Assembly (NCBI GenBank): GCA_964019335.1
Contig: OZ025660.1
Location: 1 to 64,000, forward strand
Reading direction: 5' to 3'
Source of the DNA: Diplonema japonicum
Taxonomy: Eukaryota; Protista; Euglenozoa: Diplonemea
DNA length: 64,000 nt
Part shown: positions 1-9,600 of the stretch, piece by piece
Layout: every line of letters starts with the position of its first letter
How positions within the stretch are numbered: position 1 is the stretch's first letter
The notes under the pieces: generated by a model
What the model was told of the DNA's origin: nothing
Databases searched by the model: none
Seen by the model: the letters and a program-made list of their open reading frames with translations, nothing else
Position numbers and translations under genes: made by a program

Positions 1-209
1 GGGTTTGCGGGTTTGCGGGTTTGCGGGTTTGCGGGTTTGCGGGTTTGCGGGTTTGCGGGTTTGCGGGTTTGCGGGTTTGCGGGTTTGCGGGTTTGCGGGT
101 TTGCGGGTTTGCGGGTTAGCGGGTTTGCGGGTTTGCGGGTTTGCGGGTTTGCGGGTTTGCGGGTTTGCGGGTTTGCGGGTTTGCGGGTTTGCGGGTTTGC
201 GGGTTTGCG
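1..209 (+). repeat. (GGGTTTGC)n 8-bp telomere-like tandem repeat, 26 units, one GGGTTAGC variant at 113-120
   Basis: Directly visible. It joins the retroelement at GCG|TTTCCTGCCGAG; the intact element reads CCGCGTTTCCTGCCGAG at 8761. Confidence 0.95.
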
Positions 210-3200
210 TTTCCTGCCGAGAACCTCCCTTTGCTGCACAGTTCCGTGACCCTGGCGACCTTAGAGACCTCGTCGTTCTTAGGTTCCCCCTTCTCACCTG
301 ATTCCAGCTTATTCCAGAGGGCCATGTAATTTCCCTTCCCCCACTCCTCCAATCTGGCCTGGACACTCAGCTCCGTCTCCTTGTCCCGCTTCTTCCCTCC
401 CCTCTTCTTCCACAGGCAGGCTTTGGGGAGCATCGCCACCAGCAGCCAAGCCTCCTCTGTGTTGTCCTTCACCGCCCGGCCCAGAGTGTGCTTAAGGGTA
501 AGCCCCCACAGTCTTTGAAGGCTCGTCGGGATCGACCCCATGGTCGTGACGTTCATGGCAGCTATGGCTTCCAGGCTGGGTAACTCGGTCCTCGTCGGGG
601 CCGGCGGGGGGGTCGTGTATTCCCCTTCCCTTCGCACCGCCTTTTTGCACTCGTCGTGGCACCCCTGACCCTTCCACACACAGCCCCTGCACACCAGGCA
701 CCTCTCGAGGTCCAGTCTCCTCAGAACGCTCTCCGGGATCTCATCACTCTCCAGGTGCCCATCCAGGTGACACTTCCATACCCTTGTCGAGTTGAACGGG
801 GTCGTGCTTTTGCACTTCGACCTAGCGCAGTTCGCCACCGGACAGTACAGGAATTGCTGGTTCCTTGCCCCCATCTGGTCCAACACCCCTGCCTTCCCGT
901 ATCCAGGGATCGCACGGTCCATTATGCCCCACTCCCCGATGTCCTCACCCGGGGCCTCGGGGGGTTGCTTACCTGCCTTTTGTAGAGCAACCGATTGGGA
1001 CTCATCAAGGAGCATCATCATCGACTCCTCCTCTCCGACTGCATCGTAGTGGTTGCCGTTGTACGCCAGCACCACCACCTTCTCGTGGTCGGAGTTGTAC
1101 CCCCCTATCATCAGGACTGGGTTGTTCCCCCCAGCAACCACGAGTATCGTGCGGCCAAACGCTTGTGCTGCGGCTGCCAGGCACAAGTGGTCTCCCCACG
1201 CCGCCGCTGTGCCCATCCCTTCCAAGTACCGGTCCCAACCCTCGCTGCAAAACGGGGCATAGTGCTCCTCCCAGTGTTTCATCCATTCTACAACCTCGCT
1301 CCTGATGTGGGTGTGGTCCCCGTAGGCTTCCCCGAGCGAACCGGCCAGGGCGTGGAACATGCAGTTCCCGTCCTTCTCCGTCGACCCCCTCGTCAGCTTG
1401 AAGCTCTTCATGATCTCGTCCACTGACTTGCCGGCCCTGGGTTGTTTGTCGGGGTTCCACAGATTCCGCTGCCTGTGTACACAGTGCGTCTGGTTCGACG
1501 AGCACGCCGCAGCACACGTTCCACAGAGGTTCACCTTCATGTTCCTCGCCTGCTCTTGTTTCACAAAATGATGGTGGACCGCATTGAGGTGTTTAACTAG
1601 ACAGCTTGCCACACTGGTGCGGAAGGAGCAGCCTTCCATCCGGCATTGATGTTTGTCTGTTCCTTCTTTTTCCCCCTCCTTCTGCGCCTCCGTGTGCTCA
1701 TCATCCAAATCCATGGGGGGAGGGTCACCACCTCCTTGCAACGCGCCCCCTGCCAGCGTCAAGTCCGCAAAGGGGTCCAGGTGTTCGGCCTGAAAGAGCT
1801 TATCCTCCGTCTCGGCTCGTTCCTTCGCCGCTTGCTTGGCGTCCTCCTTCTTTTTTCTGCGTCTTGAGCTTCTAGGCGGGCCCAAGTACACCGGCAGGTA
1901 GTGACCTCTCGATCCGCGTCTTGTCTTCCTCAGCTTTACCGGTCCGAATCTCTGGGCCGGGTCAGCACCAGCTTTCCCCACCATCACTTCCGACATGGCC
2001 CAGAGCGACATCAGCCCCCCTATCCAAACTGAAGTGCTTCCCACCAGAGTGCCCCCTACTGCTAGCCAAGCGAGCTCCCCGGCGGACCATTCATCCCCTC
2101 GGGGCCCCACCTGTACCCTTGACCTGCGGGTGGTCCTCCTGTCGCTCCCCGGCCTCTTCCACAACACTGCCGCATGCAGGAAGGGGGGGGCCATCCCGAT
2201 GCCCGCCCCCAGCACCTGCCTCACCCCTGGGATCAGCAAGAGGGAGACCAGGGCGACCCAGGCCCACGCCCCCAGGTGCTCCCATCTCACCCCTTCCTTG
2301 CTGTGTCCCGTCCGTCTGCGGTGCCTCCTTGTGCCGGTTGCAGCCCCAGGTGCCGGGATTCTGGGTGCCAGGGGTTGGGCCCCAGGCGTTCCCACCTCGG
2401 TCCGCTTCAGCCCCATTGCAGTGTCATCTGGCTTCTGTTCCAGGGCGGCCTCGTGTTCCTCTCTGCGGGCCCTCCTCCTCCCCTCTTTCCTCGCACGACG
2501 GTGCCTTTTCTTCTCCTGTCTGGCAGCCTCCCTCGCCCCCTCCCTCGCCTTGGTCCTCTTCTCCCGACGCCTCTGAAGGGCCGTTTCGCTCCTGTGCCTC
2601 CTCCTGTTCTTCTTCCGCTTGGGCGCTGGCTTAGGTTCCCTGCCACCCATGGCAATCCAGGGGGCTCTTTTCTGTCTTCTCACAAGGGTGTGCAGTGGTG
2701 CTCTCACGTCGCTCGCAGCCTCCGCCCCAACCACACCTTGGCGGGCGGTGGGGGTGGGTGCTGGGTCCCCCTGGTTGTTTGAAAAGAAAAAAGGTTCCTC
2801 CTTGTTTGTTTTTTTTTTTTCTTTCCCTTCCACCCTCAAAAAAAGCCCCCGGCCCTTGGGGACCAGGGTGTACACCTCCGTAGAGGGTCCAGAAAAAATG
2901 GGGGGCAGAGAGGGAGGGGCACTACCTTCTCTCGGGTGTGCTGTCTCTCCCTCTGCCTTTTTTTCCTCCGAAGAGGGTCTGTTTTTCACCTCCGTGGAGG
3001 GTCCCTCTGGAGAGGGCTCTATAAAAGAAAAAGGGGGGGACGAATGGGGGGGAGGAACACTACCCTCTCTCGGGAGTGCCACCTCTTCCCCTCTCTCTCT
3101 GTTTTCCTCCGAAGAGGGTCTGTTTTTTACCTCCGTGGAGGGTTCCTCTGGAGAGGGCTCTAAAAATGAAAAAGGGGGGGACAAATGGGGGGGAGGAGCA

Positions 3201-3463
3201 CCACCCTCTCTCGGGAGTGCCACCTCTTCCCCTTTCTCTCTATTTTCCTCCGAAGAGGGTCTGTTTTCCTCCGAAGAGGGTTCTAAAAAAAAAAAGGGGG
3301 CGGGTGGGGCACTATCCTCTCTTGGGAGTGCCACCCCCCCTTGCCCACAAAAAAGGGGATCTAAAAAGGGGGGTTCGTCTGTTAACCCAGGGGATGGGTC
3401 TTCCTGGGGTGTGCGGGTGAGCTTGGGGCCTACCGCACGCAGGGTGATCGACACCCTGACACC

Positions 3464-3465
<2 letters not shown>
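207..3465 (-). mobile_element. CRE-like (RLE-clade) non-LTR retrotransposon, copy 1: 5' part only, cut just before the RT domain by the 8-bp repeat
   Basis: 207-2560 is near-identical to 8763-11122. Encodes a C2H2 finger, an OTU domain (DGNCMFHAL..WGDH..NHY) and a second Zn finger. First in-frame ATG after the leader is at 2650. Confidence 0.9.
2870..3340 (-). repeat. ~141-bp tandem repeats (about 3.5 units) in the 5' region of the CRE-like element
   Basis: TTTTCCTCCGAAGAGGGTCTG recurs at ~2961, ~3102 and ~3243; it translates as PSSEENR..VALPREG repeats. Confidence 0.85.
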
Positions 3466-3497
<32 letters not shown>

Positions 3498-3504
<7 letters not shown>

Positions 3505-3675
3505 GGGACTTGAGAAAATAAATAAAAAGGGGGACTTGAGAAAATAAATAAAAAGGGGGACTTGAGAAAATAAATAAAAAGGGGGACTTGAGAAAATAAA
3601 TAAAAAGGGGGACTTGAGAAAATAAATAAAAAAGGGGGACTTGAGAAAATAAATAAAAAGGGGGACTTGAGAATG
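3498..3675. repeat. 26-bp tandem repeat GGGGGACTTGAGAAAATAAATAAAAA x7, flanked by two poly(T) tracts
   Basis: Seven GACTTGAG cores at ~26-bp spacing with no spacers; poly(T) at 3466-3497 and 3676-3693. Confidence 0.9.
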
Positions 3676-6600
3676 TTTTTTTTTTTTTTTTTTCTTCAAA
3701 AGACACACAAGGCACGATAAATCTTAAGAGAAAATAAAAATATTCCAAAACAGACAATCAAGTCCCAACCTGGGAGGAAGGCATGGGTTTCTCTTTTTCT
3801 TTATGGGAGGGAGAGGGGAAGAAGAAGAAGCAACTCCAAATGATAAAAATTCAAAAATAAAAATCTCAAAAAAGGCTTAAAAGAAGAAGAGGCAAATTCA
3901 AAAACATACTAGGGAGGAATGGGTGGGGCAGGGGGTAAAATTTAGGAGGGGGAAAGAGGGAGAATCAAAAAAGGGGAAAGGGGCAGAGTGACCAATGCCC
4001 ATGCGAAAAAGCATAGAGCGGGGGAAGAAGAAAATCAAAAACAGGAAAAACACATCACCACAAAAGAAAAAAGAAAAAAAAAAAAAAAAAACGTCGACCG
4101 AGATGGTTCCACTTCAAAAAGAAAAAGAAAAAGAAAAACAGAAAAATAAAAAAAAAAAAAAAAAAAAAAGGAAAAAAAAAAAAAAAATCTAAGTGGTTCT
4201 ATCTAGCCTGGCCGTTGTAGCACCTGATCCCTATTCTTTTATTTTTCCCTTTTTTTTTTTTCTCAGAAAAAAAAAAAAAAAAGTTTCACATCTTCCTATG
4301 GCGGGGGGGGGGAGAACAGCCCCCCACACCCCCGCTGGCCTATCTGGCCAGCGAGCCTTTGGACCTCTTCTTGTGGGGTATGGGCCCCACCCGTGCCCTC
4401 CCCGACTCGAGCTGCAGCCAAGCCACCGCACTGTTCACCGGGGCCCAGTTCTCCTTGTTGCGCACCTTGACCGTGTCCCGCACCAGGTCGTCGCTCCCCA
4501 GCTCTTCCATCAACCTGTGCTCCGCCAAGAATTTGAACTGGGGCCCGGTCATCCCCTTGAGCTCACCCCTGCATATGTTGGCTTCGACCACGGTGCCATC
4601 CGCCCCCGTACCCTTCAGATAGATGTAGCCACCCTCCACACAATCCGAGTCAGTACTGGCCGATCGGGCCCGGGCCCGCTTCTTGTCCTTCTTGCTCCAC
4701 TTCAGCTCTTCCAGGGTGGGGAGGTCCGTGGCAACCACCTCAGGCCGCCTCTCCCTGTCTTCCTCCTTCTTCCGGGCCAACAGCCCAAGGTACCTCTCAA
4801 AGGAGACGTCCTCGAACAACCCCGGGACCGTCACCACCGCTGACTGCAGGTCGACCTCTTCAACACCCATCTTCCGCAGATGGTCCTGGACAGTGCGCCT
4901 CGTCTCCTTCTCGCAGGGCCCCCTCCCCTCGTAGACGTCGAGGGTGACCTTCCTTCCATCCCTCACCCACGCCTTCACTTTGATCAGGTCCTTGACCTTT
5001 CCCACTGGGGCCCTTATCCTTGCGTCGCACCTCTCCAAGAACTCACGTAGTGTCACCTTGGTAGCGCCGGCTCCCGCCGCAATGCCCACTACCCCTTCCT
5101 TCCCCGGTGTCGGGTGGTGTCTGCACCCCCGGGTCTGCAACTTGACCACCCTCCATGCCGTTTCCAGAGTCCCCTTGAGCACGCCACCCTTGAAACGAAC
5201 AGGTTGCACCGCCGAACACCCACACGCGTACGTGATCTGGAAATCCTGGACCGTCCTCGGGAACTCGAACTCGCGGTATGTTTCCGACTTCTGCACCTCA
5301 CAACCCACAATGCGGCTGCGGCGCTCTCCGTCCGACCCACCTTCCAAGCTTGCGAAGTACTGCTTTACCATCATGTATCCAAGTCCAGCGATACCAATCT
5401 GGCCAGCCATAGCCACCTCCAGTGGAACACCCAGCGACTCGGCCTTCGCAAGAAGCATCTCCTCAGTCCTCTCCCTTCCAGGGTCCGTTCCTTCTTCAAG
5501 GATGATCTCCACCCGGCCCTCGAACTGGATGATGAACTTGAGCAGTCGGTCCCCCGGCCTCGCCCTCAGTGGCACCATCGCTCTCGGAATTGGGATGCCC
5601 ATCACCACATCAATCGGGTCAAGCTGAACGAAGTCTCCCCCTACTTCCACCTGCTGTTCCCTTTCCGGTGCCCCGACTCCCATCAGCTGATCTCCCTCCG
5701 GCGTCTGGATCCCACCCCTAGGTGTGTCAGGCCCCGACTGGCTGCCTCCGCTCGGTGCGTTCCCGCCCTCTTTGGTCCCTTCGGGGGCGTCATCCGCCTG
5801 CGGCTTCAGAGTCCTCCCACCGCCCTGTCTCTTCGCAGCTTGTTCCCTACAGAATTCGCTCACGGTCATCTTCCTCGTAGCAGTTGTCGCACTCTGGTCC
5901 CCCTTGTTCGAGTCCCTCTGGGCCTCCGTATCCCCCTTAGGACACTCGTCCAAGGTCTGGTTCACCGCAGCGTCAGTCGCCCCTTGTCTCTTCCCATCTT
6001 CCTGGGCCTTCGGGTCAAGCCCCCCTCCCTGCCCAGCCCTCTCGCTGGATCCTGTTCCGGCCATCTCCGTGTCTTCTCCTCCCGGCGAGGCTGCTTCGAG
6101 TCCTGCTCCCGCTTTCCCTTGTGTTCCACCCTCCACCGGTTCCGCCTTTCGCTGCTGCTGCATTCGGGCGTCCAGGTCCTTCTTCGTCTGCTCCAGAAGG
6201 GCATCCAGCTGGTGGGCCACCGTGATTGGGGGTCCGCCTCCCTGTCCCTTCACTTCCCTCTCGGACGACTCCTCAGCTTCGGTGGTTTTTTCATTGCCGA
6301 AGGAGTCCTCTGTGAGGTCAGTGTTGGATTCAGTGTTGGGTTCGTTGTTCGCTTCCTCGTTGTCCTTTTTTTCCTCTTCGCCGTCCGGTACCGGGGGCCC
6401 TGGATCCAACTGTACAGGCCCTTTGACTAACAGCGCCCCTGCTATCGATCTCATCATGGCCGTTGACACCTCTTGGACCACACGCCTGTGTATCGAGACT
6501 CTGTCCCCGTGAGCCCGCGCAGCTATGCTCCTGGACAGTTTCTTCGTGAGGTAGACTGCTGCCTCCCCGAACCCCCCAAAGGTCTCCATCGCGAAAGGTA

Positions 6601-9600
6601 CAAAGGCCACGCGTGTCTTGGCGAGCTCCGCCTCATACTTCTGGCGCTTGTAGTGTTCCGCCTTCGCCGCTGCGTACCCCGCAGTCTTCGCCGCCTGGTT
6701 GACACAAGACTCGTTCCTCGGGTGCACGATGACCACGTCCATAGCCATTGGGCGGGAACCCCCCACCCCACCTGGGAAGAACACGTCCGCCGGGCGCTGG
6801 GACGACCCCGGGATCAACCCCGTCTTCTCCATCGTTGCGCTCACCCCGGCCCACTGACAGTGTCTGTGGATGGTCTCCTTCACCCGGTCGTGCCTCGCAA
6901 TCCTGGCGTTGCCGCATCCCTGGGCATGGTCACCCCATACGTCCATCCCCTCAGTCTTGCACCTCGGGTCGTGGCAGCTCTCACCCTGCTTGTAGACCGG
7001 AGCCCCCAACCACCACTTGATCAGAGCCCCAAACTCGTTGTCCGACAGCTGGTTGTAGAAGTCAGGCGTCGCCGTCAACCACGCCCCCGCATAGTGCATT
7101 GACTCCGACATCAACCTCGCTCTCGAGCGTGCATCTGCTTTCGCCAAGAGGTCCTCCAGCGCCTTCTCATCAAGCACCCTAGAGAGCCACCTCTGGCTGC
7201 AGATGTGGGGGGCCTTGGCCACCATGTCGGGTGTAATCTGCATGCCGCCTTTCGTCCTGTTGAACCACTCGAGCCAGCTCCCCCATACACCCCCTTCCAG
7301 CCCATGTTCGTATTTGGGATCCAGCTCCTTGCACAGCTTCATCGTCGACGCCCTCGAAGCCATGTTGGCCGCGCGCAGGTGCTCCTGGCAGCTCCTCATC
7401 CCAAGCCCACCGACTTTTACGGACAGTTTCGCCTGCTGCCATTCTTTCGACCCGCTCTCGAACTGCATGCCGCACACCTTCGACATCGTCTTCCGCACCA
7501 TCTCGTCGAACCTGTGCATGACCCCTCCCACATGCGAGTCTGGGACCACTCTCATGTAAAACACCAGTTTGCTGTATGAGCTGCAATACCGGAGAAGTGT
7601 GTACCCTGTCTGCCTCCCCACCTTGGTCAGCATGTCGAAGTTCTCTTCCAGCGCGTCCAAGCGTTTGTTCAGAAAGGCTTGCGTGTACTCCGGCGATCCT
7701 ATCGGCGCCCCCAGGAGCATGAAGTTCCTCTCTTTGTGGAAATTCTCTTCTGTCAGGCCATCGAAGCCTGTGTCCTCCACTGTCTGGGGGAGGTCGCCAC
7801 TAACCCATATGAGCTCGCACTTCTGGGGTTTCACTTTCAGCCCTATCATTCCGCTCAGCTCACACAAGATGTTGTACGCCTTTCTCACTTCATCCACATT
7901 CCCCACAAGGACGCCATCGTCCAGGTAGAACTGGAGGATGTCCAGGTTGCAGTCTTCACTTATCTTGTTCACCAGGGGTTGGATGGCCAGAGAGAACAGC
8001 AGTGGTCCCATCGGGTCCCCCTGTTGCACCCCTTCCTGGGACTTAATCACCTTTCCGTTGTAGTATAATTGGGAGGGCACCCTGTAGCACCAATCGGCCC
8101 ACGCATACAGCCCCGACGCTTGCTCATAGGCCTGTGAGCACAGCTGTCTCCGACAAACACTGTTGAAGGCGTTGGCGTAGTCGATCTTGAGGATCACCTT
8201 GTTTTCCTGCTTGTTGCCCCGTTCCCTGTCCACATACTGCCTGATGGTGTGTATAGCCGCCTCCATTCCAGCAGGGACCGATACCCCCACCTGGCCGCCT
8301 TTCTTCAGGTACGAAGAGGCCACTTCCGGAGCGATCTTCTTCACAAGGGATTTCCCCACCAGCCGACGCAGCACATCCCCAACGGCTATGGGCCGCACGT
8401 CCCTGTCGTTCTTCTTGAGGGCCACAAGGTTCGCCCCTGCCATCAGCGGAGCCACCTCCCTAGGGGCCGTGCCTCTAGCTAATGCGTTGACTGCCCTCGT
8501 CACCGACATCAAACAGCCTTGAGACTCAAAAGCTCCGTCCACCGCGTCCTTGATGTGCTGGGCTCTCAGACCAGTCGGTCCCGCAGCAGTCCCCCTCGGG
8601 AAGTCCCTGATTGCGTCCAGCACTTCTTCCGGCAAGACTTCTACCGCTTCCTTCGTCTTCGCCGGGTTGTCCCATTGGGGGTGTAGTGGCTCTGGATGTT
8701 TGCTCTGCAGCGCTCTCCAACAATCCTCATTGTCTTCCGCCAGCCCCTGGGCTACAAGCGCCGCGTTTCCTGCCGAGAACCTCCCTTTGCTGCACAGTTC
8801 CGTGGCCCTGGCGACCTTAGAGACCTCGTCGTTCTTAGGTTCCCCCTTCTCACCTGATTCCAGCTTATTCCAGAGGGCCATGTAATTTCCCTTCTCCCAC
8901 TCCTCCAATCTGGCCTGGACACTCAGCTCCGTCTCCTTGTCCCGCTTCTTCCCTCCCCTCTTCTTCCACAGGCAGGCTTTGGGGAGCATCGCCACCAGCA
9001 GCCAAGCCTCCTCTGTGTTGTCCTTCACCGCCCGGCCCAGAGTGTGCTTAAGGGTAAGCCCCCACAGTCTTTGAAGGCTCGTCGGGATCGACCCCAGGGT
9101 CGTGACGTTCATGGCGGCTATGGCTTCCAGGCTGGGTAACTCGGTCCTCGTCGGGGCCGGCGGGGGGGTCGTGTATTCCCCTTCCCTTCGCACCGCCTTT
9201 TTGCACTCGTCGTGGCACCCCTGACCCTTCCACACACAGCCCCTGCACACCAGGCACCTCTCGAGGTCCAGTCTCCTCAGAACGCTCTCCGGGATCTCAT
9301 CACTCTCCAGGTGCCCATCCAGGTGACACTTCCATACCCTTGTCGAGTTGAACGGGGTCGTGCTTTTGCACTTCGACCTAGCGCAGTTCGCCACCGGACA
9401 GTACAGGAATTGCTGGTTCCTTGCCCCCATCTGGTCCAACACCCCTGCCTTCCCGTATCCAGGGATCGCACGGTCTATTATGTCCCACTCCCCGATGTCC
9501 TCACCCGGGGCCTCGGAGGGTTGCTTACCTGCCTTTTGTAGAGCAACCGATTGGGACTCATCAAGGAGCATCATCATCGACTCCTCCTCTCCGACTGCAT

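Noticed and set aside
5-301. Plus-strand RVCGFAGL-repeat ORFs and the NPQTRKPA tail of ORF 116..3757
   Set aside because: These are translations of the 8-bp repeat, not genes.
3498-3675. CRISPR-like array
   Set aside because: The repeats are contiguous with no unique spacers, there are no cas genes, and the context is eukaryotic.
3466-3757. N-terminal extension of ORF 116..3757
   Set aside because: It runs through poly(A) tracts and the 26-bp array, giving an implausible low-complexity translation.
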